A stretch of DNA of 64,000 nucleotides from Pseudomonadota bacterium (GCA_046731955.1 JBKPMC010000044.1:26157-90156), one strand, 5' to 3'. Counted from the first letter of the stretch, positions 53,235 through 63,068 are shown. The notes: a model not told the origin generated them from the sequence alone. A program made the numbers and translations.

Positions 53235-55061
53235 GTGAGCCTGTCCGCTCAGTTTCTCGACGAGCTGCGTGCGCGCACAGTCCTGTCCGCCGTCATCACC
53301 CCGTCGGTGAAGCTGATCCGCGCCGGCCGCGAGTGGAAAGCCTGCTGCCCGTTTCACAACGAGAAGACTCCGAGCTTCACGGTCAACGACGACAAGGGAT
53401 TCTATCATTGCTTCGGCTGCGGCGCTCACGGCGACGCTATTCGTTTCCTCACCGACCATCGCGGAATGCCGTTCATGGACGCGGTGAAGGAGCTCGCTGC
53501 CAAGGCGGGCATGGAAGTCCCCGCGCCGGACCCCAAGGCTCGCGAACGGGCCGAGCACGCAGCTTCCCTGACTGACGTCATGGCGTCAGTCGCCGCCTGG
53601 TATGCAGAGCAACTGAACGGAATCGCCGGGGCGGACGCGCGCGAATATTTGAAGCGCCGAGGCATCGACCAGGCGACGATCCAGCGCTTCGGGCTCGGCC
53701 TCGCACCCGACAGCCGGACGGTCCTAAAGCGTGCGCTGGAGAAGCTCGGCGAAGACCGGCTCGTCGAAACCGGCATGCTCATCAAGCCCGATGACGGCGG
53801 CGAGACCTACGACCGGTTCCGAGGGCGTCTGATGTTCCCGATCCGCGATCCGCGCGGCCGCGTAATCGCATTCGGCGGGCGGATCCTCGGCGAGGGCGAA
53901 CCCAAATATCTGAACTCCCCCGACACGCCGCTCTTCGACAAGGGCCGCACCCTCTACAACATCGACCACGCCAGCCCCGCGAGTCGGACCGCCAAGCGCC
54001 TGATCGTTGTCGAGGGATACATGGACGTGATCGCGCTCGACCGCGCGGGCATCCCCGAGGTCGTCGCGCCCAACGGAACGGCGGTGACCGAGGCGCAGCT
54101 CGAGCGACTATGGCGGCTCGACCCCTCACCCATCCTCTGCTTCGACGGCGACAGCGCCGGCCGCAAGGCCGCAATCCGCGCTGCCCTGCGCGCCCTCCCT
54201 CACATCCGCCCCGATCGTACTCTCCGCTTCGTCGAGCTTCCGCCCGGACAGGACCCGGACGACGTCATTCGATCCGGCGGCCGCGAGGCGTTCGAGGCCC
54301 TGCTCGAAAAGCCGGAGCCGCTCGACCAGCGCCTGTGGCGCCACGAGCTCGAAGCGCAGCCGCTGACCACGCCCGAGGCCCGTGCCGGCCTCCGCCAGCG
54401 CCTGATCGATCATGCGGCCAGCATCGGCGACCCCGCACTGCGTCAGCTCTATCGCGACCAGTGGCTGGGGCGTTTCCAGCAAGACATCGCCCCGCATCGG
54501 CAGTTCGTCCCGCGCGACCGCCGAGCCTCCTTCAAGAACGGCCGCTTCGTCCCCCCGACGCCGCCCGTCGGCGACAAGGCCCGGGCCATCGCCGCCAGCG
54601 GAATCGACGCCCCGACCGCCCGCGCCCTGATCCTCGGCTTCGCTTACTTCCCCGAGGAGCTTCCCGCCCATTGCGAGCAGCTCGCTTCGCTGCCGATTGC
54701 CGACCGGAACACCTCGAAGGCGCGCGACGAGCTCGTTAACGCCGCGTTTTCAGGCACTGTGCTTGATCAACAATCCCTAGCCACTATCTTGGGGATCGAT
54801 AGAGCGGCGGGCGGAGCGGCCCCTCGCACGATGGGCTTTTCCTTCACCCGCCGCGACAGCGACCCGGAGCGCGCCCGAAGCGATCTGGCGGCAGCGGTCG
54901 AGATCATCGCGGCGGCGGAGGAAGTGGAAAAGGCCCTGGAGGATGCAACGGAACGGCTGAAACGGGATTTCACCGATGAAGCCCTGGAGGAACAGCAGCG
55001 CCTGATCGAGGCGCAGCACGGGTTAAGGCAAAGGCTGGCATCGCTTGCCGGCACTGATTAG
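53235..55061 (+). CDS. dnaG: DNA primase
   Basis: CPFHNEKTPSF...CFGCG, DRFRGRLMFPI, KYLNSP, VEGYMD, FDGDSAG, DPDD. Confidence 0.98.
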   Translation: MSLSAQFLDELRARTVLSAVITPSVKLIRAGREWKACCPFHNEKTPSFTVNDDKGFYHCFGCGAHGDAIRFLTDHRGMPFMDAVKELAAKAGMEVPAPDPKARERAEHAASLTDVMASVAAWYAEQLNGIAGADAREYLKRRGIDQATIQRFGLGLAPDSRTVLKRALEKLGEDRLVETGMLIKPDDGGETYDRFRGRLMFPIRDPRGRVIAFGGRILGEGEPKYLNSPDTPLFDKGRTLYNIDHASPASRTAKRLIVVEGYMDVIALDRAGIPEVVAPNGTAVTEAQLERLWRLDPSPILCFDGDSAGRKAAIRAALRALPHIRPDRTLRFVELPPGQDPDDVIRSGGREAFEALLEKPEPLDQRLWRHELEAQPLTTPEARAGLRQRLIDHAASIGDPALRQLYRDQWLGRFQQDIAPHRQFVPRDRRASFKNGRFVPPTPPVGDKARAIAASGIDAPTARALILGFAYFPEELPAHCEQLASLPIADRNTSKARDELVNAAFSGTVLDQQSLATILGIDRAAGGAAPRTMGFSFTRRDSDPERARSDLAAAVEIIAAAEEVEKALEDATERLKRDFTDEALEEQQRLIEAQHGLRQRLASLAGTD

Positions 55062-55073
55062 CGGCGGAAAAGA

Positions 55074-57125
55074 ATGGCGAAGAACGAAACTCAGGAAGTC
55101 GAAACGGCCGAGGCGGGCGATGCCCCGCTGATCGACCTCAACGACGCGACGATCAAGAAGATGATCGCCCGCGCCAAGAAGCGCGGCATCGTTACCTATG
55201 ATGAGCTGAACGAGGCCCTGCCCCAGGACCAGATGTCGTCCGAGCAGATCGAGGACGTCATGTCCGCGCTCAACGACATGGGCATCAACGTCGTCGAGAG
55301 TGCGGAAGACAGCGACGACGAGGAGGAAGAGCAGAAGGACGAGCCGCTGGTCGAGGACGAGGTCGACCCGCTCGACGACGGCGGCCCCCGCCCTGCCGCC
55401 GCGGTCAAGAAGGAAGCGGTCGACCGCACCGACGACCCGGTCCGCATGTACCTGCGCGAGATGGGCGCGGTGGAATTGCTCTCCCGCGAGGGCGAGATCG
55501 CCATCGCCAAGCGCATCGAGGCCGGCCGCGACATCATGATCTGGGGCCTGTGCGAAAGCCCGATCACCTTCACCGCCATCATCGGCTGGTCCAACGCGCT
55601 CAACGAAGGCCGGATGCAGCTGCGCGAGATCCTCGACCTCGAGGCGATGCTGTCGAAGGGCCCGACCGCCGAGCAGCTGACCGAGACTGAGGAAGGTGGC
55701 GAAGGCGCCGAGGGCGAGATCAGCGAGAAGGTCGCCGGCCCCTCGATCAAGGAAGAGGAAGAGGTCGCCGACGAGCCCGAGGCCCAGGCCGAGGACGAAG
55801 AAGACGACATGGTCGAGCGCCGGGCGCGCCCGCAGGTCGAGGAGGAGGACGAGGACAACACCCTTTCCCTCGCCCAGATGGAAGAGACTCTGAAGCCCCA
55901 GGCGCTGGAGAAGTTCGCGGCGATCACTTCGCTCTTCAAGAAATTCTCCAAGGTCCAGGCGCACCGCATGGAGGCGCTCGCCGCCGTCCAGGACTTCGCT
56001 CCGGCCGAGGAGAAGAAGTACCACAAGCTTCGCGAGCACCTCACCGCGGAAGTGGAAAGCGTCCAGTTCCACGGCAGCAAGATCGAGGCCCTGGTCGACG
56101 CGCTCTACACCTACAACCGCCGCCTGACCGCGCTCGGCGGCCAGATGCTGCGCCTCGCCGAGCGCCACCGCGTTCCGCGCAAGTCCTTCCTCGAGAATTA
56201 CATGGGCCGTGAGCTCGACGAGACCTGGCTGAAGGACGTTGCCGGCCTCGACAAGAAATGGGCCGCCTTCGCCGCCGCCGAGAAGGACAGCGTTGAGCGC
56301 ATCCGCTCGGAAATCGCCGAGATCGCGCAGCAGACCGGCACCTCGCTCGGCGAGTTCCGGCGCATCGTCAACATGGTCCAGAAGGGCGAGCGCGAGGCGC
56401 GCATCGCCAAGAAGGAGATGGTCGAGGCCAATCTTCGCCTCGTCATCTCGATCGCCAAGAAATACACCAACCGCGGGCTGCAGTTCCTCGACCTCATCCA
56501 GGAAGGGAACATCGGCCTCATGAAGGCGGTCGATAAGTTCGAATACCGCCGCGGCTACAAATTCTCGACCTACGCGACCTGGTGGATCCGGCAGGCGATC
56601 ACCCGCTCGATCGCCGACCAGGCGCGCACCATCCGAATCCCGGTGCACATGATCGAGACCATCAACAAGCTGGTCCGCACCGGCCGCCAGTTCCTCCACG
56701 AGACCGGCCGCGAGGCGACGCCCGAGGAGCTCGCTGAGCGCCTCTCCATGCCGCTCGAGAAGGTCCGCAAGGTGATGAAGATCGCCAAGGAGCCGATCAG
56801 CCTCGAAACGCCGATCGGCGACGAGGAGGACAGCCACCTCGGCGACTTCATCGAGGACAAGAACGCCGTGATTCCCGTCGACGCCGCGATCCAGTCCAAC
56901 CTCAAGGAAACGGTGACCCGCGTCCTCGCCTCGCTAACCCCCCGCGAGGAGCGCGTTCTGCGCATGCGCTTCGGCATCGGCATGAACACCGATCACACGC
57001 TCGAAGAGGTCGGCCAGCAGTTCAGCGTCACCCGCGAGCGCATCCGCCAGATCGAGGCGAAGGCGCTCAGGAAGCTCAAGCACCCGTCGCGGTCGCGAAA
57101 GATGCGGAGCTTTCTCGACCAATAA
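55074..57125 (+). CDS. rpoD: RNA polymerase sigma factor RpoD
   Basis: [54 protein letters not shown]. Confidence 0.99.
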   Translation: MAKNETQEVETAEAGDAPLIDLNDATIKKMIARAKKRGIVTYDELNEALPQDQMSSEQIEDVMSALNDMGINVVESAEDSDDEEEEQKDEPLVEDEVDPLDDGGPRPAAAVKKEAVDRTDDPVRMYLREMGAVELLSREGEIAIAKRIEAGRDIMIWGLCESPITFTAIIGWSNALNEGRMQLREILDLEAMLSKGPTAEQLTETEEGGEGAEGEISEKVAGPSIKEEEEVADEPEAQAEDEEDDMVERRARPQVEEEDEDNTLSLAQMEETLKPQALEKFAAITSLFKKFSKVQAHRMEALAAVQDFAPAEEKKYHKLREHLTAEVESVQFHGSKIEALVDALYTYNRRLTALGGQMLRLAERHRVPRKSFLENYMGRELDETWLKDVAGLDKKWAAFAAAEKDSVERIRSEIAEIAQQTGTSLGEFRRIVNMVQKGEREARIAKKEMVEANLRLVISIAKKYTNRGLQFLDLIQEGNIGLMKAVDKFEYRRGYKFSTYATWWIRQAITRSIADQARTIRIPVHMIETINKLVRTGRQFLHETGREATPEELAERLSMPLEKVRKVMKIAKEPISLETPIGDEEDSHLGDFIEDKNAVIPVDAAIQSNLKETVTRVLASLTPREERVLRMRFGIGMNTDHTLEEVGQQFSVTRERIRQIEAKALRKLKHPSRSRKMRSFLDQ

Positions 57126-57150
57126 CCCTATCGGCGCGACCCTCCGGCCC

Positions 57151-57375
57151 TCACCACAACGGGCCTGCGGGCCTAAGCCTTTGCCTCGTCACCGCGCCGG
57201 CGATGACGTGCGCCTTGAGCTTCTTTCGGATCGCGTCCGCGCCGTCAGCGCTCATGCACACCAGGCGGACGCCGCCGGCTGGCAGTCGCTCGATCGCCGA
57301 AATTGCGACCTTTTCCTTGAGACAGCGGGCGATCACCCGTGCTTCGTCAAGATCGAGATTGAGAGCGCGGCTCAT
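57151..57375 (-). CDS. Hypothetical 74-aa protein (micro-operon gene 4)
   Basis: MSRALNLDL...ISAIERLPAGGVRLVC; GGGAGG RBS and ATGA overlap. Confidence 0.75.
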   Translation of the reverse strand: MSRALNLDLDEARVIARCLKEKVAISAIERLPAGGVRLVCMSADGADAIRKKLKAHVIAGAVTRQRLRPAGPLW

Positions 57376-57518
57376 TTCGCTGCCTCCCGCTTGGCAGCGG
57401 CGAGCGCGTCGCGGACGTGGGTGTAACGATAGCCCTTCCACGTAAAAGTATCCGCCGGCACGCGGACGATTCCGTAGCGTTCGAGCTCCTTGGCGTCGGG
57501 ATTGTCGTTATCGGTCAT
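57372..57518 (-). CDS. Hypothetical 48-aa protein (micro-operon gene 3)
   Basis: Manual translation MTDNDNPDAKELERYGIVRVPADTFTWKGYRYTHVRDALAAAKREAAK; stop overlaps the next ATG. Confidence 0.7.
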   Translation of the reverse strand: MTDNDNPDAKELERYGIVRVPADTFTWKGYRYTHVRDALAAAKREAAK

Positions 57519-57549
57519 GCATTTGCACTTTCTGTGCTCTGGGGGAGGG

Positions 57550-57723
57550 TCATTTGCGCATGCTCACCGGATCGATACGGCGAGCGTCGTCATCGAAGGT
57601 ATCGGCGACGACTTCGAGCGCATGCGCGCCCACCTCGGTCCGGGCCCTGCCGGCGAGCCGGCGGCACGACGCGGCCTGCTCGCGCAGGTCGTCGGCGGCT
57701 TCTTCTCTCGAGGGCTGGTTCAT
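57550..57723 (-). CDS. 57-aa helical-hairpin microprotein, type B (micro-operon gene 2)
   Basis: Manual translation MNQPSREEAADDLREQAASCRRLAGRARTEVGAHALEVVADTFDDDARRIDPVSMRK; ATGA overlap; similar to 63166..63369. Confidence 0.7.
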   Translation of the reverse strand: MNQPSREEAADDLREQAASCRRLAGRARTEVGAHALEVVADTFDDDARRIDPVSMRK

Positions 57724-57881
57724 TCGCACACCATGAATCGGAAGCCGCGCTTGGCGGTGTCGATCAATGCCCGATAGCCGTCCGCCATCTCGCGATGCGA
57801 GCGGCGCGACTCCTCGCAGGCCGCATTGTCCGCCATGAACGATGAGACTTGCTGTCGATAATAGAGATAGTTGAGATCCAT
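57720..57881 (-). CDS. 53-aa helical-hairpin microprotein, type A (micro-operon gene 1)
   Basis: Manual translation MDLNYLYYRQQVSSFMADNAACEESRRSHREMADGYRALIDTAKRGFRFMVCE; GGAG RBS; similar to 62880..63068. Confidence 0.72.
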   Translation of the reverse strand: MDLNYLYYRQQVSSFMADNAACEESRRSHREMADGYRALIDTAKRGFRFMVCE

Positions 57882-58156
57882 GGGGCTGCGCTCCATTTGC
57901 CGGTAAGCGGGAGCACCTTGGGTCTCTCAGCCGCGCAAGAGCCTACAGGTCAGATTTCGCGCGATTTGTTCTTATAACACACCCGGGGTCGGGCGCCTAA
58001 CGCTTAAGCGGCCGAAATTTAGGCCGAATAGTGCCAGCTCCGAATGCGCTTCGTAAGCTGAAGCATCCGGGCCGCAGCCGGAAGATGCAGAGCTTTTTGG
58101 ATCAGTAATCGAAGGTGGGTGGGAAGCGCTTAGCTCCCCACCCTGCCCCGCTCGAG

Positions 58157-58696
58157 TTAGACCGCCGACGTCCGGCTCCGGCTCGCGCTGTGGCCGCCGT
58201 TGCGGAACAGGATCTCCTGCGCCTGCTCGTTCGGAACGCCGGATTCGTCGGCCTGGACCGAAACGAAGATGCCGCCCTGGTTCAGGCGGTCCTCGTAATA
58301 TTTCGCGTCCTCCTCATCGACGCCATGGCTGGCGAGCAGTCCGGCGACGCTGCCCGCGGCAAGGCCCGCTCCGGCGCCGATCGCGGCGGCTTGCGGAATG
58401 GCGGAGGCGGCGATCGCGCCTGCCGCGGCAAGCGGTCCGACGCCGGGGATGGCGAGCGCGGCAACGCCAAGCAACGCGCCCGCGCCGGTGCCGATGGCGG
58501 CGCCCTTGATCACATCGCTCTTGGCGTCATCGGATTCGTCGCTGTCATACGACCGGTTTTGCGACCATTCGTTCTCATCGCGCTTGCCGACGATCGAGAT
58601 CGCGCTGTCTTCAATGCCGGCGGAACGCAGTTCGGAAAGGGCGCGCTCGGCCTCTTCGCGGCTGTCGAACACCGCGGATACAACACGCTCACTCAT
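58157..58696 (-). CDS. General stress protein (YflT-like N-terminus, glycine-zipper core)
   Basis: VSAVFDSREEAERA, LAIPGVGPLAAAG, GVDEEDAKYYE; AGGAGG RBS. Confidence 0.85.
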   Translation of the reverse strand: MSERVVSAVFDSREEAERALSELRSAGIEDSAISIVGKRDENEWSQNRSYDSDESDDAKSDVIKGAAIGTGAGALLGVAALAIPGVGPLAAAGAIAASAIPQAAAIGAGAGLAAGSVAGLLASHGVDEEDAKYYEDRLNQGGIFVSVQADESGVPNEQAQEILFRNGGHSASRSRTSAV

Positions 58697-58747
58697 GGAG
58701 ATTCCTCCTGTTGGGCTGCAAAACGGGCGGGGTACCCGCTATCGCCC

Positions 58748-58772
58748 AACCCATTGAATTGACAGTCGTTCC
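58748..58772 (-). promoter_or_regulatory. Putative sigma-EcfG promoter
   Basis: GGAAC-N16-GGTT on the minus strand. Confidence 0.65.
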
Positions 58773-58821
58773 TCAGAATTTCGATTTGTTTGTCGGGTAC
58801 CGTGCTCGATCCGAGAACGGC

Positions 58822-59466
58822 TCATCCCACGGACAATCGGAATTTTCTGCCTGGGGCTTTCAGCGCGTCCCTGATTTCACGCAGCCGTGTATTTGGTGGG
58901 AACGTTGACAGGTCTGGCGTGATCTCTTGCGCCTGTTCCGAGACGATCAAATCAACCCTGGAAGCGACCGCATCTGCTGCCGTCATCGGCCAAAGCCAAT
59001 CGTGTGGCACTGTCCGACGATCGATTTCGAGACCAGCGAGCTTCTGCTCGGTCCACTGGTTCAGCAAGGGGTACCCTTTGCCTCGCAACCGCTTTGACCA
59101 GTTGGTCTCCGATACAAGTGAGTCCAGCACGCAGGCCGTTTCTTCGAGCACCGAAAAGCGCGGCACGCCTCCACGAACCATGACATCGTAACAAGCGCCG
59201 TCGATGCGATCACGAGGGCGTCTCACAGCGGTTCCAGCGTCACGCATGCGCTTGCGAACACGCCTATTAAATTCTTTCAACTGACCGACATAGATGATCA
59301 ACCCATCACGGCTGCCCTCAATGTGGTCGGGACGGGTTGGATCGTGAATCGCGTAAGTGATGCAAAATCCGGTCTTTGTAGCCGCTTCTGCTCTTGCGAA
59401 TTGCTCATCGACGAGTGCCTTGAACGCTTGGTCGCGGAAATACCTAGTGAAACGCTTCCCTGCCAT
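58822..59466 (-). CDS. GIY-YIG-like nuclease domain protein
   Basis: CITYAIHDP...IIYVGQ...RR, SETNW, LLN. Visibly lower GC than flanks. Confidence 0.6.
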   Translation of the reverse strand: MAGKRFTRYFRDQAFKALVDEQFARAEAATKTGFCITYAIHDPTRPDHIEGSRDGLIIYVGQLKEFNRRVRKRMRDAGTAVRRPRDRIDGACYDVMVRGGVPRFSVLEETACVLDSLVSETNWSKRLRGKGYPLLNQWTEQKLAGLEIDRRTVPHDWLWPMTAADAVASRVDLIVSEQAQEITPDLSTFPPNTRLREIRDALKAPGRKFRLSVG

Positions 59467-59588
59467 CTAACTTCGGCGTTCCATCAATCTGCAGGCCACG
59501 TGTTCCTGTCCCCACCGGGTCGCAAATGTCTCAGAAACGACAAACCAGCCTGCGTCTGGACCGCCTTGCCCGTGATTGGCGCCCATGC

Positions 59589-60047
59589 ATGTCCACGGCC
59601 GCAAAATACAGGACGCCCTTCGACGAGGCGTGCCGGCGCGTCGGCATGTCCGACACCAGCGCCTACGCGCTCCGGCGGAAGCCGTGCGGCGCCTCGTTCC
59701 GCCGCGGCTGGGACGCGGCGATGGACTGCCAGGTCCACCGCGTCGAGCAGTCCGCGATCGAGCGGTCGATCAACGGCGTCCCCCGGCCCATCTTCTACAA
59801 GGGCGAGCAGGTCGGCGAATGGCGCTACTATGACGAGCGCCTGACCATGTTTCTGCTGCGCAGCCGCCGCCCGGCGCGCTACGGCAAGTGGATGGACCGG
59901 ATGCTCGCGCCCGATCCCGAGGAGTATGAGGACGACGGCCTCGCGCTCGACGGCCCGCTCACCGAAATCGAGTTCAACTGCCCCGCCGGAGAGCACGGCA
60001 ATCCGGTCGACTGGGAAGGCGGGGATGACGGCGAGGAAGAAGCGTGA
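59589..60047 (+). pseudogene. Probably 5'-truncated HTH / terminase-small-subunit-like protein
   Basis: ACRRVGMSDTSAYALRR...FRRGWDAA...RSINGV...YDERL. High-GC3 coding pattern begins only near 59620. Confidence 0.5.
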
Positions 60048-60142
60048 CTCACGCGTACGCGGGCGCGGGCGCGCGCCTGCGCGCGCTGGGCAGCAAACTT
60101 AGCAAACTTCCGGGAGCTGGCTCCCAAAGCCGCGCGGGCGCC

Positions 60143-60895
60143 CTAGTCGGGGAGGTCGTAGATCATGCCCGTTTCGCGGTTCGCTTGCTCGGGCGGCGTG
60201 TCGATGGGTAGGCAGATCGTCGGCGCGAACTTGCCGTCCTTCCACGCGAGGCGCATCGTCTCCCGCGCCCACCTCATGTCGGGCCGCCAGCCATAGCTCG
60301 CCGCCTGCTGCAGCGTTTGCCCGACCCGGATGTTCGCCAGGTAATTCAGCGTCGAAGCGTCCTGGAGCGCCTGCCGGACGGCCGTCCGGTCGCTGGGCGA
60401 CAACGCATCGGCGCCGCTTTGCAGCATCCTCAGCGTCCCCCAGACGTCGGTCTCCCGGCGCTGGAAATCGCGGAAGGAAACCAGGCCGCCGTGGACGACT
60501 CCGAACCGATATTGCTCCTCACTCGGCAGCAAGGCCAGCCGGCCCGCTGACTCTGCCGCATCGAAGCGCGCGGTGACGACCGCGAACCAGGTCGCCTGCG
60601 AAACCCAGCTCGGTGTCCTGTAGCTGCCCGTGCGGCCCCATTGGTCGACGAGCGCGCGGACCTCCTTGAGCCTTCTGTCGATGCAGGGCTGGGCAAGGCG
60701 GCGCAGCTCGAGCACGGCGAGCGTCTCCTTGATTTCGTTGGCCAGCGCCGCCCGGGTCTCCGCGGCCTCACGGCGCTGATTGACGGTCTCGGCCGCCTGC
60801 TGCGCGCCGAGCGCGAGCAGCACGCCGAGGACGATGACCCCGACCTCTCCAGCGAATGCCCGCCAGCCCTTGGCCGGCCGCAAGTTGAAACGCAT
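60143..60895 (-). CDS. Hypothetical N-terminally anchored helical protein
   Basis: GWRAFAGEVGVIVLGVLLALGAQQ TM plus coiled coil. Confidence 0.8.
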   Translation of the reverse strand: MRFNLRPAKGWRAFAGEVGVIVLGVLLALGAQQAAETVNQRREAAETRAALANEIKETLAVLELRRLAQPCIDRRLKEVRALVDQWGRTGSYRTPSWVSQATWFAVVTARFDAAESAGRLALLPSEEQYRFGVVHGGLVSFRDFQRRETDVWGTLRMLQSGADALSPSDRTAVRQALQDASTLNYLANIRVGQTLQQAASYGWRPDMRWARETMRLAWKDGKFAPTICLPIDTPPEQANRETGMIYDLPD

Positions 60896-61055
60896 GTGAA
60901 TGCCCCCGGCTCTTGGAGCCTAGGCATTGACGGGCGAAGCGCAAGGGATGTCCGCCGGGTCTGGCTCGGGCGGATGGTATAGGCAATTGCCTCAGCCTCT
61001 GTGAGATCTCTGTCCAACAAGCTAGGCGGGCATTTCTCGCCAAAGGAGCAAGGCC

Positions 61056-61265
61056 ATGTCAGACCACATCTACAAGATCGTCGAGCTTGTCGGATCGTCG
61101 CCCAGCAGCATCGAGGACGCGGTCCAGGCGGCGATCAGCCGCGCCTCGAGCACGCTCGACAACGTCCGCTGGTTCGAGGTGCTGGAGACCCGCGGCCACG
61201 TCGAGGGCGGCAAGGTCACCCACTATCAGGTGACCATCAAGGTCGGCTTCACCCTGCGCGCCTGA
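61056..61265 (+). CDS. Dodecin (flavin-binding)
   Basis: [12 protein letters not shown]...WFEV..RG...YQVTIKVGF; AAGGAG RBS. Confidence 0.95.
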   Translation: MSDHIYKIVELVGSSPSSIEDAVQAAISRASSTLDNVRWFEVLETRGHVEGGKVTHYQVTIKVGFTLRA

Positions 61266-61450
61266 CTTTCCGCTGTCCTGCAGCCCCTCTTTTGTGCCCT
61301 AGGCTCGCGGATGTCGCCGCGAGAGCGCTTACCGGCTCCACGATCGGCCTGACGCGCGGAACTTCGCCCTCGCCTGGCGACGAGCCGTCAATCCGTTGGA
61401 GACTTCAGGAGCAATCGGATAACTTCGCGATCGGAGGGAGGAGATCGACG

Positions 61451-61780
61451 ATGCCAAATGGAGTCACGCCGGAGCTGTTGAACTTCATCCTCAAGCTCGC
61501 GCTGTTTCTGCTCATCGCGTTCGGCATCCTGATCGCAGGGGCGGCCGCCGTTTACATTTCGATGTTCCGGAAAGGTAACTTCTCCGGCGCGAGCATTGCC
61601 AGGATCCTGCAGCAAACGGACGTTCCCAAATTGGCGACCATCATCATGATCGTCCTGGCTGCTTCACTGCTCGGCCTGCTGCGAGTCATCGCAGGCGAGG
61701 CCGTGATCGCGCTTCTCAGCGGCATCGCGGGCTACGTTCTTGGCAATCGCGCCGCGCCCAAGGAGTCGGCCGCGGATTGA
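61451..61780 (+). CDS. Hypothetical three-TM membrane protein
   Basis: GGAGGGAG RBS; ALLSGIAGYVLG segment. Confidence 0.7.
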   Translation: MPNGVTPELLNFILKLALFLLIAFGILIAGAAAVYISMFRKGNFSGASIARILQQTDVPKLATIIMIVLAASLLGLLRVIAGEAVIALLSGIAGYVLGNRAAPKESAAD

Positions 61781-61875
61781 CGCGCGTTTGCGCGTTAAAC
61801 TGACATTTCTTTCACTTGGTTTCCCTGAACGATGGGCTAAGAACCGATCCAGCGCTCACAAGGGGGTTAGGTGCC

Positions 61876-62115
61876 ATGGCCGTCAATGTCGGTGGGTCGG
61901 ACCGCGTCGTTCGAATAATAGTCGGGCTCGGGCTCGGCGTGCTCATCTATCTCGGGACCCTTTCCGGAGTGGCGGCAATCGTCGCCGGAATAGTCGCGGC
62001 ATACCTTCTCATCAGCGGTCTGCTGGCGAGGTGCATCGTCTACAAATTGGTCGGGGTCGACACGAGCGTCCAGGAACAGCCTTACTCAACCACGGACGAC
62101 CGATCCGGGCTCTGA
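61876..62115 (+). CDS. DUF2892 (YgaP-like) membrane protein
   Basis: NVGGSDRVVRIIVG...CIVYKLVGVDT. Confidence 0.85.
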   Translation: MAVNVGGSDRVVRIIVGLGLGVLIYLGTLSGVAAIVAGIVAAYLLISGLLARCIVYKLVGVDTSVQEQPYSTTDDRSGL

Positions 62116-62119
62116 CCGG

Positions 62120-62240
62120 GGCTTCGCGGCGCCCGCGCTTGCGGCTCCGTGCAAAGGACGCCAAGGGCAAGTTCGTCAAATGTCCGGCCAAGCCGCAGGC
62201 GTGCCGCGACTCCAAGGGACATTACATGAAGTGCAAGTAA
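62120..62240 (+). pseudogene. Remnant of a small secreted Cys/Lys-rich protein
   Basis: GFAAPALAAPC, then an extra A, then KDAKGKFVKCPAKPQACRDSKGHYMKCK*. No start codon. Confidence 0.55.
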
Positions 62241-62295
62241 GGGGACAGCTCGCGTTTGCGTCGTCGTCGCGAGGGACAGTGCCGCCGTTCGTCCA

Positions 62296-62460
62296 TCACT
62301 GACGTGTTGGGATCACAGAGTTCAGCGGATTTTCGGACGGCGAGATGAGGCCGAGGTAAATCGCGGTGCCGATGAACGCCGCAAACACGGCCGCGATTAT
62401 GAAGCACCCCAAGCGGTTCGCCCGAAGAAATTTGGATGCGGGAGGCTTGCGGCGCGGCAC
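62296..62460 (-). CDS. 54-aa single-TM microprotein
   Basis: Manual translation MPRRKPPASKFLRANRLGCFIIAAVFAAFIGTAIYLGLISPSENPLNSVIPTRQ; positive-inside pattern. Confidence 0.45.
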   Translation of the reverse strand: MPRRKPPASKFLRANRLGCFIIAAVFAAFIGTAIYLGLISPSENPLNSVIPTRQ

Positions 62461-62633
62461 AGCGAGTCCAATCTTTTCCGTAGCTTAGGCGCGCCTTGGG
62501 CCTGGCGCCATCGAAAAACAGTGTGGATGGGCGCCTGCGCGGCGGCAGCGCCGCCTAACTATCGGTAAGTTGTTTCTCACCGACCCGATTGTAGCTTGCC
62601 CTGCCGGATCGTCCGCAATGGGGAGAGCGGGTT

Positions 62634-62843
62634 GTGGCGGTTCGAGTGACGCCAATCCCGGTCAGGAACGCAAATGGTGACGAGCTCACCGTCTACGAGG
62701 TTTGGGAAACATTCTTCTTCGGCCTCATCGCAGAAAGGCGGTTCCAGCTTGAAACCGAAGAGAGGGTCGAGGAATTCGACCGGGACAACTTCGTCGTCAT
62801 GAAAACCGGCGAAAAGCTGACGCGGATCAGCTCCGTTTCCTGA
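62634..62843 (+). CDS. Hypothetical 69-aa beta-rich protein
   Basis: GGAGAG RBS; F.LETEE.V...D...F....TGEKLTR. Confidence 0.65.
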   Translation: MAVRVTPIPVRNANGDELTVYEVWETFFFGLIAERRFQLETEERVEEFDRDNFVVMKTGEKLTRISSVS

Positions 62844-62879
62844 CTGGCTCGAAGAAGGAGCGAGCCTCCGCGAACGACG

Positions 62880-63068
62880 CTAGGCCGTTCGGGGCTCCAC
62901 GTCGTCGTCGTCGCGATCGAAGGGATAGCCATAGTCGGCCAGGATCTGGCGATAGTGGGACGCCATCGTCTCGTGCGCTGCGCGGGCGGCGTCGGACGCC
63001 GCCGCAGCGGCCGCCGCAAACTCGTCACGCATACGCTGAATGAAATACGCGAACTCGGTTTCTTCCAC
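62880..63068 (-). CDS. 62-aa helical-hairpin microprotein, type A
   Basis: YFIQR...AAAAASDAARAAHETMASHYRQIL. Confidence 0.7.
   Translation of the reverse strand: MEETEFAYFIQRMRDEFAAAAAAASDAARAAHETMASHYRQILADYGYPFDRDDDDVEPRTA

Noticed and set aside
55023-56837. 604-aa minus-strand ORF opposite rpoD
   Set aside because: Antisense shadow of a high-GC3 gene with no recognisable motifs.
57995-58025. Full CtrA box (also TTAA half-sites near 8618, 61795 and 63477)
   Set aside because: None matches TTAA-N7-TTAA spacing, and half-sites alone are too weak.
61001-61450. 259-aa ORF spanning dodecin
   Set aside because: Out-of-frame overlap with dodecin. The supported start is 61451 after a strong RBS.
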